A stretch of 64,000 nt of DNA, from the NCBI GenBank assembly GCA_963707955.1, contig OY970176.1, positions 1,696,001 through 1,760,000 of the forward strand, given 5' to 3'. Each line of letters starts with the position of its first letter. Position 1 is the first letter of the stretch. Of the stretch, positions 50,302 to 60,327 are shown one piece after another. Under the pieces are notes generated by a model. That model searched no databases. It was not told where the DNA came from and saw only the letters and a list, made by a program, of their open reading frames with translations. The DNA comes from Candidatus Bathyarchaeota archaeon (lineage in GTDB: Archaea; Thermoproteota; Bathyarchaeia; Bathyarchaeales; Bathycorpusculaceae). The position numbers were made by a program, and so were the translations under genes.

Positions 50302-53300
50302 GTGAGAGCAAGCACTGCGGTATGGACAATGCTAACCATACTTCTTCTCGGTGCTTTGCCACCAGCAATTAACATGGCGCACGCAACCACTCTATTGATT
50401 TCTAATGGAACCATGTTTGGAACCTTCGAAGAAGGAGGTTCTAATTCGACCACATTCCCATTAACTCCACCAACAATACAAGATTTCCTCATAAACAACA
50501 CGGCAACGGGTAACACGACTCAGTTTGCCTTCTACATTTCAGACAGCGTTGCCCTGCAGAACTGTGCTTTTTGGAACGATAACGGAACTGGAGGCACAGG
50601 AGCAAACTCGTCACTTCAATTAAGTGGGACAGGTCCAACTTATGCAAACTTCACAGTTAATCCTTTCACTGCAACCACGATGTTGAACTTCACCTTTTGG
50701 CTGTGGAACACTAACAGCTCAATTCCACCCGCGACCATCTGCTATAGAACTTTAGCCATTTACAATTCCAGCATGCCCTACACGAGTTTGGGAAGTGCCA
50801 TTTCCGCCGTTGAGGGCACAAACAATTGGACAACAGCTAACGATGCTCTTGGGACTTCTGGCGTTAACCCGTATGAAGGATTGATTTTGAACCAAAACAC
50901 TACAGTCTCAGTATGAGTCCGTCATAGATAGCTATGCTAACGGTCAGTTAGGAACAACAATTTCTGAAGCTTATTGCACTAATTCTTTCATGAATAGTAG
51001 TTGGAGCAACCCTGCACAGGCGTACGATAACAACACGGCAACAGGAGCGAGTTATAGCCAATCTCCTGCTTCAACAACCACTCAGTTTGGACTTGCTCTT
51101 TCAGCGCAAGTAAACGGAACGACAATTCAATATGATGTCAGTGACAGTAATGCTTCCGCTCAATCAAGTACTACGATGAGTGTTAGTATTGGAAATTCTA
51201 CGACTTCATGGACAAATGTGGCAAATGGAATAACGGTAACATGGTCTGCGTATGCAAATCTAACCTTTATTCAGTCAACATTCACCTATATCGAATTCAA
51301 CTTTACCGACAGTTCTTCCACAAATTATGGCAACGTGTATATAAATGAAGCACAGGCTTTCAGCATAAGTCATCCCCTCGTCCATGATTACCTTGATGTG
51401 CTCAAGTATTGTGCCTATGCTCAAAAAATGAATCTCACATGGTCAAGCCAACATAACGACCTGATTTATGCTCTCGGCAACATTACAATGTGTGGAAGCT
51501 TGCCTCAGACTGACAACTCTGCTTACACACAGATGCAGGCTAAAGGCTACACTGTTCCAAACGGGGACTTTCTTGTTCAAGATGCGTGGGCACTGTATGG
51601 CTACTACTATGCAAACAATTCGTGGGTGCCAAGTTCTATTCAATCTAAATGGAATATAGCAGCAGCCTATAATCAATTCGATATTGCTGCTAATTTCTCA
51701 GTTGCCAGCGGCTACGGTATTGGAGGAGTTGGAAACCTGAATGGAACTGGATTGCCTCTATGGATTTTCAACGATAGCACAGGAATGACCTATACAGACA
51801 GATATTACGATGAAGGTTCTGAAACTGTACAGGACTACGTTACTTTCTATTCGCTGCTCAACGTGAGCGATGCTCTGAACAAAGCGTTGTATTGGTGGGG
51901 ATATGTTGTTGATACGCATTGGAATCCTCTCGACATTTTATCAGCAGCTCCATCCTTGACATATTTCAGATACAGTAACTATTACGATATGTCAAGTGCA
52001 TATTCTATGGAATGTGAAGCTGGGTTTTTCCTCAAAGACATCAGCATCCTTCAATATTACTCTTCAAATCTTGTTAACTACAGCTATGTTCTTGCTGACA
52101 TTGGAACTAGATTTTTGACAAGCGAATGGGAAAGTGGTCAGTGGACTACCAGCCCAGGAGCCCCATCCTCCTATGTTGTTGTTCACTGTGATGTAAGTAA
52201 TACAGAATTAAGGCTTGAAAACACATTAGGTGCATGGCAGGCTCTTTTAGGTTGCTATCTTCAAATGAGTTCTGGCAACCAAACAAACATGAAGGATATG
52301 CTTTCTGGAAACACGACAACCAATATTCAGCCAGCATGGAGCTTACTATTAAATTCAGCATTATGGAACAGTTCAAATAAACAGTTCGCCTTTGGAACTT
52401 CAAGCGAAACATTTACCAATTCTGCTACGGCTCTCGGTGAAGTTACAATGTTTCAATTAGGCATTATCCCAGGCACTAGCACTGTTGCTTTTCCACTTGA
52501 AGAATTAGGCTATGAGTACACCTATGATATTGACCCTGTTCTTATGGGTTTCAACTTGAACAGCACAGCACGGCAAATCACGGTTCCAGTTGTGCAAGCT
52601 GGAACCATAACCTTCGATTACGGGCAGTCACCAATAACCCACAACTTCACCAGTGGCGGGGTCTACGTAATCAACTTTACAAGCAGTTGGAACATGATTT
52701 CAAGCGTGACCTATCAATCGGCGTTGCCAAGCAACCTCATATATTTCTACTTGCCAGGGCGGGCGCTCTCTGTCAATATCTCACCTACCTCGGTCACCCT
52801 GATTGTTGGTCAACCTCAGTTGTTCACTTCAATCATCTCTGGGGGCACTTCGCCTTACACGTACCAATGGTATTCGAATGGCTCAGCAGTTCAAGACGCC
52901 ACTTCCACCAGCTGGACCTTCACGCCTACGTCAGCAGGTCCTTTTACTGTTTACATGGAAGTCCACGACGGTGCCGGGGCGCAGGCAACGTCTAACACTG
53001 CGACCGCTACAGTGAATCCCGGAACCCACGACATAGCCGTCACCAACGTTGCGTCTTCTAAGACTGTGGTTGGTCAAGGCTTTAGCGTTAACGTAACCGT
53101 CACAGTGGCAAACCAAGGCGACTTTACCGAGACCTTCAACGTCACAGGATACGTCAACGCAGCCATCATAGGATCAGAAAACGTTACCTTACCAGCTGGC
53201 AACTCTCCGACAGTCACGTTCACGTGGAACACCACTGGCTTATTCTACGGCAACTACACCCTAAGCGCCTACGCAGAGCCTGTTCTAGGCGAGACGAACA

Positions 53301-53527
53301 CGGCAAACAACAATTTCACAGACGGCGTAGTGACAGTCACTATTCCAGGAGACGTTGACGGCAACGCCAGAGCTGACGTGGGCGACGTGGTCAAAATACT
53401 CTATGCTTTCGGATCAACACTCGGACAATCAAGGTACGTTCCAAACTGCGACATAGACGGCAACGGCAGAATCAATATGGGCGACATAATAATCGCCTTA
53501 CGCAACTTCGGAAAACATTACCCATAG
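50302..53527 (+). CDS. Large secreted glycoprotein-like protein with PKD-like, CARDB-like and dockerin tail, frameshift at 50906
   Basis: Signal peptide and many N-x-S/T sequons. Removing one T joins ORFs 50302 and 50990 in frame. Confidence 0.75.
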
Positions 53528-53752
53528 AGCGCTGTTATTGAAGTTTCGCGCCACACTTTGGGCACTTGAGAGGATAGTTTTCTTTGCTTATCATTTTCAA
53601 TCCACAGCCGAAGCAGACATAAATCTTGCATACTGGGCAATGATAGTTGCCGCCTTGAACGCAATTGCGCGCGTGCTTTTTATGTTTAATCCAAAGACAC
53701 AGAGCAACTGGAAAGGTTGGCTAGCTTTAAATAACTGGGTTCCTAGGCTAAA

Positions 53753-55216
53753 GTGATTGTCATGGCCTTAGCTTTCGAAGATCAGGCCGCAGGTTTTTTG
53801 GGTCTGGCTGAAAGGGCAGCAAAAACAATCTCAGAAACTGCCAGGCAAGACGGGTTGATACACGTTTTCTCGCACTTGGACGCTGATGGGATTGCGGCAG
53901 CCGGAATCATGGGAAAAGCGTTGTTGAGGTTGGACGCGAAGTTTCGAATCCGCATAACCCAGTGGATTGAGGACAAGATCGTCGGTGAAGTTCTTTCAGA
54001 CAAGCCTCAACTCATAATCTTAACTGACCTAGGAAGCGGCTACATTGACCTGCTCAGCCAAAAACTTCCAGACTTCAAGATTGTAATCTTGGACCATCAT
54101 CAAATCGTCGGCAAACAGTCAGACAACATTGTCCACGTGAACCCCCATCTGCACGGAGTCGATGGGGCTCGAGACATCAGCGGTTCCGGCGTCGCGTACT
54201 TCGTGGCTAAGGCTCTGGACAAGCTGAACGTTGACCTATCACCCGTCGCTGTTGTCGGCGCCCTCGGAGACCTGCAGGACAAATACGACCAGCGCATGCT
54301 GAAAGGACTGAATGAAAAGATCGTTGAGGACGCAACAAACTCAGGTCTCCTGACCGTTGACAAAGACCTGATTTTCTTCGGCAGAGAAACTCGGCCAATC
54401 ATTAGGGCGTTGGCTTCGACCACAAGTCCATTCATCCCAGATATAAGCGGCGACGAGAACAAGAGCTTAGCTTTCCTCAAAAGCCTAGGCATTGAGCCAA
54501 AGGTTGGAGACAAATGGCGCGCCCTTAGGGACCTCTCGGAAGAAGAAAAGAAACGTTTGTGCTCAAAGTTGGCCGACCACCTGGTCTCGAAAGGCCTACA
54601 CTATGAGGTATCGAGCCTCATCGGACACGTTTACATCCTATGCAGTGAGGAGCCTTGGACCCCGCTCAGGGACGCCCGTGAGTTTGCAGTCTTGTTAAAC
54701 GCGACAGGGCGAATGGACAAGGCTGGTCTCGGAGTGGCGGTCTGCATGGGTGACAGGGGTCCAGCGCTCGAGGCAGCCAACAGAGTGCTTGAGGATTACA
54801 GAAGAACCATAAACAAGTACCTCGGCTGGGTGATGGAGAAGCCTGAAAGAATGAAGGAGTTCGAAAACATATACGTGGTTTACGGCGAAGACTTCATCGA
54901 CGACAAGATGGTCGGAGCGATCTCATCCATACTTACTTCAAGCCTTCCAAACCCGGAGAAACCCTTGATCGCTTACGCAAACTTGCAAGACGAAGGAATC
55001 GCAAAAATCTCGGCGAGAACCATGGACACCGTCATAAACAGAGGCGTTAACCTGGCCGAAGTGATGCAGGTTGCCGCAGAAAAATTCCATGGAAACGGCG
55101 GCGGACACAACATAGCCGCAGGTGCACAAGTCTCTATAGGGAACATCGACGACTTCATAAAAACTGTGAACGAACTCGTCGGCAAACAGCTCAAGGGAGA
55201 GAAGATTGGAAGCTGA
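53753..55216 (+). CDS. RecJ-like DHH phosphoesterase
   Basis: HLDADG, TDLGSG, LDHH, GALGD, GGGHNIAAGA. Confidence 0.92.
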   Translation: MIVMALAFEDQAAGFLGLAERAAKTISETARQDGLIHVFSHLDADGIAAAGIMGKALLRLDAKFRIRITQWIEDKIVGEVLSDKPQLIILTDLGSGYIDLLSQKLPDFKIVILDHHQIVGKQSDNIVHVNPHLHGVDGARDISGSGVAYFVAKALDKLNVDLSPVAVVGALGDLQDKYDQRMLKGLNEKIVEDATNSGLLTVDKDLIFFGRETRPIIRALASTTSPFIPDISGDENKSLAFLKSLGIEPKVGDKWRALRDLSEEEKKRLCSKLADHLVSKGLHYEVSSLIGHVYILCSEEPWTPLRDAREFAVLLNATGRMDKAGLGVAVCMGDRGPALEAANRVLEDYRRTINKYLGWVMEKPERMKEFENIYVVYGEDFIDDKMVGAISSILTSSLPNPEKPLIAYANLQDEGIAKISARTMDTVINRGVNLAEVMQVAAEKFHGNGGGHNIAAGAQVSIGNIDDFIKTVNELVGKQLKGEKIGS

Positions 55217-55454
55217 AATAACGCTGGAATACGACGATGTGAGGCTTGCAGAGGCCGTTGCCAAAGCAGTTTCGCCTGACAACCTAAAAACGCCGAGTGG
55301 CCTGTCAATTAAAACATCATGGCGGTCAACGAGAGTCATCACTTGCATCAACTACCGTGGAAAACTCGCGACATTCATCGCCACAATCGACGACCTTCTC
55401 TTTTGTGCATCAACAGCGGAGCGAGCTCTTCAAGCAGCGAGAAAGCTTGAGTGA
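55206..55454 (+). CDS. pcc1: KEOPS subunit Pcc1
   Basis: AVSPDN, FIATIDDLL; position between the RecJ-like gene and serS. Confidence 0.75.
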   Translation: MEAEITLEYDDVRLAEAVAKAVSPDNLKTPSGLSIKTSWRSTRVITCINYRGKLATFIATIDDLLFCASTAERALQAARKLE

Positions 55455-55554
55455 GAGACTTCGCGGCCAGAGTCGTCTCCAGCATATTGAATGTACTTTA
55501 TCGTAAGTTTAAATAGCTAATTCAAGGCTAGACCTAGAGGCTGCGAGTGAAAGC

Positions 55555-56844
55555 ATGCTGGACATCAAACTGATCCGCGAAAACCCTGAACTCATAAGGA
55601 ACAACCTGAGGAAGAGGGCTGACCCTGACAATCTGAAGATGCTCGATGGACTAATCGACTACGACAGAAAATGGCGACAGTACCTGACAGAGTTGAATAA
55701 TCTGCGACATGAAAGGAGACAGATAACAGCCACAATTGCTGAGGCCAAAAAGAAAGGAACGGATTCAAGCAGCGAAATGTTGAAAGCAAAAGATGTTGAT
55801 GCCAAAATCACGAAACTGGAAAAACAAGTAACAGAGTGCGAAGAGAAGGTTCACGAGTACCTGATGCGCCTTCCAAACCTTCTGCACGAAACGGTTCCAC
55901 TTGGCAAGGACGAGAATGACAATGTCGAAATAAGAAAGTGGGGCGACATACCCAAATTCGCTTTTCCAGTAAAGGATCACATGGACCTAGGCCTAAGTCT
56001 CGGTATAGTTGACGTTGAAAGAGCGGGAAAGATTGCTGGAGCCCGCTTCTTCTACCTAAGAAGAGACGCGGTTCTCCTCGACATGGCATTAGTCAACTTG
56101 GCCCTGGAAGAGATAGGTAAGAAGGGCTACACGCCGATTGAACCGCCTTTCCTCATGAGGCGAAGACCGTACGAAGGCGTCGTGGCCTTGAGTGATTTCG
56201 AAGATGTGCTCTACAAGGTTGAAGGTGAAGACCTGTACCTAATCGCAACTTCGGAGCATCCGATGGCAGCCATGTTTATGGACGAGGTGCTGAAAGCAGA
56301 GGACTTGCCGCTGAAGCTTGTCGGTATAAGCACAAACTTCAGGAAAGAGGCAGGCGCACACGGCAAAGACACCCGCGGCATATTCCGAACGCACCAGTTC
56401 AACAAGGTTGAACAGTTTGTTTTCAGCAGGCCCGAAGACTCATGGGCAATTCATGAGGAACTCATACGCAACGCTGAGGAGCTTGTGCAAAAACTCGGGT
56501 TGGCCTACCGAGTTGTCAATGTTTGCACGGGCGACATGGGCACAGTTGCGGCGAAGAGATACGACGTTGAAGCTTGGATGCCCGCGCAAAATGCTTACAG
56601 GGAAATAATCTCATGCAGCAACGACACGGACTATCAGGCCCGAAGGCTAAACATAAGGTACAGGGAGAAGGAAGGTGCAGCGCCAAAAGGGTTCGTGCAT
56701 ACATTGAACTCAACAGCCTTGGCCACAGGCAGAACCATCGTTGCAATAATTGAGAACTATCAACAAAAGGACGGGTCTGTGATCGTCCCAGAAGCGTTGA
56801 GAAAATACATGGGGGACATCAAGAAAATAGCTCCAAAGCGGTAA
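55555..56844 (+). CDS. serS: Serine-tRNA ligase
   Basis: MLDIKLIR, ATSEHP, FRKEAG, HQFNKVEQF, SCSN, HTLNSTA. Confidence 0.97.
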   Translation: MLDIKLIRENPELIRNNLRKRADPDNLKMLDGLIDYDRKWRQYLTELNNLRHERRQITATIAEAKKKGTDSSSEMLKAKDVDAKITKLEKQVTECEEKVHEYLMRLPNLLHETVPLGKDENDNVEIRKWGDIPKFAFPVKDHMDLGLSLGIVDVERAGKIAGARFFYLRRDAVLLDMALVNLALEEIGKKGYTPIEPPFLMRRRPYEGVVALSDFEDVLYKVEGEDLYLIATSEHPMAAMFMDEVLKAEDLPLKLVGISTNFRKEAGAHGKDTRGIFRTHQFNKVEQFVFSRPEDSWAIHEELIRNAEELVQKLGLAYRVVNVCTGDMGTVAAKRYDVEAWMPAQNAYREIISCSNDTDYQARRLNIRYREKEGAAPKGFVHTLNSTALATGRTIVAIIENYQQKDGSVIVPEALRKYMGDIKKIAPKR

Positions 56845-56894
56845 AACTTTTAATACTATGCTGTGAACTTTGAAGCTGCATTCGGAGGGTAAGA

Positions 56895-57503
56895 GTGTCC
56901 TCAAAGACGAAGCGTGTGCGCGATAAGTGGCGAGGCAAGGTATGGTACATGGTGATGTCTCCACCGTACTTTGGAAACGTTGAGTTGGGAGGAGTACCAG
57001 CCGACGAGCCGGAAAAACTGATCGGAAGAGTCGTTGACTCAACGCTCTACGACATTACGAACGACTTTGCCCATCAGTACCTGAAGATGCGCTTCCAAAT
57101 ATCCGAAGTTGACGGCAAAACTGCCAAGACAATATTCAAGGGACATGAATACTCCCGAGACTACTTGCGCAGTCTTGTGAGGAGACGGACGACTAAAGTT
57201 GACGGCTTGTTCGGTGTTACGACGAAAGACGGGTACACGCTGCGAGTGGCTGTTAGCGCTTTTACGCTTTCAAGAATCAAGACGTCTCAAGAGAAAGTCG
57301 TGCGTGCAATCATGAACAGGATCATAAAGGAAAAGGCCGCGGCGCTTACGATGGACCAGGTTGCGCAGGAGATGGTGTTGGGAAAGATAGCTTCGGACAT
57401 CTACAACGAAGCCAAGAAGATTGCTCCGTTGCGCCACGTGGGTATCAGGGGCTCCAAAGTCGTGACGCAACTGGCTAAGCCGCAGGCGGCAGAGGCTAAG
57501 TAG
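56895..57503 (+). CDS. rps3ae: 30S ribosomal protein S3ae (eS1)
   Basis: RDKWRGKVWY, DYLRSLVRRRTTKVD, KKIAPLR. Confidence 0.96.
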   Translation: MSSKTKRVRDKWRGKVWYMVMSPPYFGNVELGGVPADEPEKLIGRVVDSTLYDITNDFAHQYLKMRFQISEVDGKTAKTIFKGHEYSRDYLRSLVRRRTTKVDGLFGVTTKDGYTLRVAVSAFTLSRIKTSQEKVVRAIMNRIIKEKAAALTMDQVAQEMVLGKIASDIYNEAKKIAPLRHVGIRGSKVVTQLAKPQAAEAK

Positions 57504-58046
57504 CTACGCGGCGAGTGTTTTCCCGTATTCGTAGCCTTTTTCGAAAGCCGTCAGGTTTAGTTCTTCGGTGCCCTTAGGTATGTTCTCTTTGATCGATTCT
57601 TTAACGGCGTTTTCGTCCAGCAGTCTTGTGATTGCGACGAGCGCGCCTAGCATGACGATGTTTGCGACTATTCTTCTGCCAAGTTCTTCTGCGATTTTGG
57701 TGGCCGGAACCTGGAAGACCCTAGCATTTTCCAGGTTCTTCTTCGTGGGAATCATGTCTGGATCTATGATCACCGTGCCGCCAGGCTTGACGTCTGCTGC
57801 GTACTCATTATACGCGTGTTGCGACATGAGGATCAAGACGTCGGGCTGAACTACTTTCGGAAAGTCTATCTCTTCTTCCGATATAACGACTTCAGACTTG
57901 CAGGCCCCGCCTCTTGATTCTGGACCGTAAGACTGAGTTTGAACGGAATTCTTTCCGGCGTGTATAGAGGCTGCTGCGGCCACGATTATGCCTGACTTGA
58001 TTATTCCTTGACCGCCGAAGCCCGCAAACCTAACTTCAACTCGCAC
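57504..58046 (-). CDS. korC: 2-oxoacid:ferredoxin oxidoreductase gamma subunit
   Basis: AGFGGQG, QSYGPESRGG, ANIVMLGA. Confidence 0.9.
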   Translation of the reverse strand: MRVEVRFAGFGGQGIIKSGIIVAAAASIHAGKNSVQTQSYGPESRGGACKSEVVISEEEIDFPKVVQPDVLILMSQHAYNEYAADVKPGGTVIIDPDMIPTKKNLENARVFQVPATKIAEELGRRIVANIVMLGALVAITRLLDENAVKESIKENIPKGTEELNLTAFEKGYEYGKTLAA

Positions 58047-58047
58047 G

Positions 58048-58896
58048 TCAGCTCACTTTCTCCATGGCTTCTTCGTTTATTTTTGATATTTTCTCGTGGA
58101 GCATTCTTTCGTAACTGAGCTTCTCAACGTCCACAAACTCGCCGACTGCTATTCTTTCAGGCGTGATTTCCGCCTTTGAGGGGTCTGAGAAGCTGTCGAT
58201 GACTGAGGCCTTCCTGAACCATCCCATCATCTCAAGACCTGACCGCATCTTGTTGTAGCGGCCGTATATCTCAGGACAGGGTGAAAGCACTTCGATGAAG
58301 CAGAAGCCCTTCTTCTCCAGCATCCTCTTGATCGACTGTGTCAGCCTGCGCACGTGCAGGGTCGTCCATCTGGCGACGTACGTAGCTCCAGACGCTGCTG
58401 CCAAGTGCACGAGGTTGAACGGGTGCTCGATGTTTCCATACGGGCTTGTGGTCGTTATCGACTCAAGCGGGGTTGTCGGACCCTGCTGCCCGCCTGTCAT
58501 TCCGTAGTTCAAGTTGTTGGCGCAGAGGACCTTTACTCCTATGTTTCTTCGGGCGGCGTGTATAAAGTGGTTTCCGCCTATGGCGAAGAGGTCACCGTCT
58601 CCGCTTATCACCATGACCTCTAATTCGGGGTTTGCAAGTTTTACTCCTGTCGCAAAGGCCAACGCACGGCCGTGCGTCGTGTGGAATGAGTCCGCGTTTA
58701 TGTAGCCGGCTGTTCGGCCGATGCAGCCGATGCCTGATACGACTACGAGCTTATCTAGATCGAACTGCAACTCGTCCAGTGCGTGAGCGAAGCAGTTGAG
58801 GACAACGCCGTTGCCGCAACCTGCGCACCATATGTGTGGCATCATCTCGGCTCGGAGGTACTTTGAAAACGGATGCGTCATTTCCTGAACCATCAA
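58048..58896 (-). CDS. korB: 2-oxoacid:ferredoxin oxidoreductase beta subunit
   Basis: WCAGCG, SGIGC, HGRA, GDGD..N TPP-binding motif. Confidence 0.92.
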   Translation of the reverse strand: MMVQEMTHPFSKYLRAEMMPHIWCAGCGNGVVLNCFAHALDELQFDLDKLVVVSGIGCIGRTAGYINADSFHTTHGRALAFATGVKLANPELEVMVISGDGDLFAIGGNHFIHAARRNIGVKVLCANNLNYGMTGGQQGPTTPLESITTTSPYGNIEHPFNLVHLAAASGATYVARWTTLHVRRLTQSIKRMLEKKGFCFIEVLSPCPEIYGRYNKMRSGLEMMGWFRKASVIDSFSDPSKAEITPERIAVGEFVDVEKLSYERMLHEKISKINEEAMEKVS

Positions 58897-60044
58897 GCAG
58901 CCCTCCTTATTGCGTCAAGAATCTCCGTCGGAGTGTGCGGTTCTTCCCCGAGCTTTGAAAGAAAAGTAACGGGCGTTTCTTTTGCCGCCCTTTCGACTTC
59001 TCGCACGAGTTGTCCGCAGTTCATCTCAGGAACGGCGATTGCTCGAACGTGCTGTGCGACTTTTGCCACGTGTTCTTCTGGAAACGGCCACAGCGTGATC
59101 AGGCGTAGCAATCCTGCCTTGATTCCTTTTTCTCTTGCCTTCCTTATGGCGCTCAACGCGGCCCGCGCAACTATGCCGTACGCTACGACTGCGACATCCG
59201 CGTCGTCGAGCATAACTTCTTCAACTCTTACTATCTTGTCAGCGTTCTTCTGTATCTTTTCGCACAGCCTGTTGACCAGCCTTGTCTGGTCTTCAGAGCT
59301 CGAAGTTCTAGGATAACCGCTCTCGTTGTGCGTTAAGCCCGTAGCATGGAAATGGTATCCCTCTCCGAAGCAGGCCATAGGCGGCACCAAATCGTCATCA
59401 GGCAAGAACGGCTTATACTCTTCAGGTGACACACGCGGCTTCTTTCGGTTAACTATCCTCACCTTGTCCATCGGCGGGATGACCACTTTTTCCCACATGT
59501 GGCCAACGATCTCGTCGGCCATCAGGAGCGTTGGCACTCTGTACGTTTCAGAAAGGTTGAAAGCCTCAACCGTGAGGTCGAACATCTCCTGAACGGAAGA
59601 AGGCGTCAGCGCAATTATACCATAGTCTCCATGCGAGCCCCATTTTGCCTGCATGACATCCTGCTGCCCAGGCATCGTTGGCTGTCCAGTGCTTGGTCCA
59701 GCTCGCATAACGTCCACGATGACGCAGGGCGCTTCTGTCATAACGGCGAGTCCGATGTTTTCCTGCATCAGGCTGAAGCCCGGTCCAGAAGTGGCCGTCA
59801 TCGCTTTCAAACCAGAGTATGATGCGCCGATCACCGCCGCAATTGAAGCGATCTCGTCTTCCATCTGTATGTAGATTCCGCCAAGCTGAGGCATCCTCCC
59901 AGACAGGGTTTCCGCGATCTCCGTTGCGGGGGTGATCGGGTAGCCTGCGAAAAATCGGCAGCCCGCAACAAGCGCGGCCTCTGCGCATGCTACGTCGCCG
60001 TTCAGGAAATGTGCGCCTGTGAGTATGTTCTTAGCTTTTAGCAT
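58893..60044 (-). CDS. korA: 2-oxoacid:ferredoxin oxidoreductase alpha subunit
   Basis: GYPITPAT, QMEDE, TATSGPGFSL, RAGPSTG, EMNCGQ. Confidence 0.92.
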   Translation of the reverse strand: MLKAKNILTGAHFLNGDVACAEAALVAGCRFFAGYPITPATEIAETLSGRMPQLGGIYIQMEDEIASIAAVIGASYSGLKAMTATSGPGFSLMQENIGLAVMTEAPCVIVDVMRAGPSTGQPTMPGQQDVMQAKWGSHGDYGIIALTPSSVQEMFDLTVEAFNLSETYRVPTLLMADEIVGHMWEKVVIPPMDKVRIVNRKKPRVSPEEYKPFLPDDDLVPPMACFGEGYHFHATGLTHNESGYPRTSSSEDQTRLVNRLCEKIQKNADKIVRVEEVMLDDADVAVVAYGIVARAALSAIRKAREKGIKAGLLRLITLWPFPEEHVAKVAQHVRAIAVPEMNCGQLVREVERAAKETPVTFLSKLGEEPHTPTEILDAIRRAA

Positions 60045-60324
60045 GCTTCGTATCCTTCTCGTTTGGTTTTTCAACGACAAAAATCGCGAAGTCCGGGCAG
60101 ACTGCAGTGCAGAAGCCGCAGTTTATGCATTTGCTTTCGTCCACGACTTTTGGAGGGTGAACTCCTCTCGCGTTTATTTCATCAGATTCTTCCAGGACTT
60201 TCCGTGGGCAATACTCGATGCAGTAGCCGCATCCTTTGCACTCATCCTTGATCAGATGGATTTCTGTCTTCACCTGCTTTATCGTTTCTTTGTCGAGCGC
60301 GGCGTGTCGAATTCTTTCAGGCAT
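60031..60324 (-). CDS. korD: 2-oxoacid:ferredoxin oxidoreductase delta (ferredoxin) subunit
   Basis: CKGCGYCIEYCP and CINCGFCTAVCPDFAI. Confidence 0.88.
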   Translation of the reverse strand: MPERIRHAALDKETIKQVKTEIHLIKDECKGCGYCIEYCPRKVLEESDEINARGVHPPKVVDESKCINCGFCTAVCPDFAIFVVEKPNEKDTKHAKS

Positions 60325-60327
60325 GTG

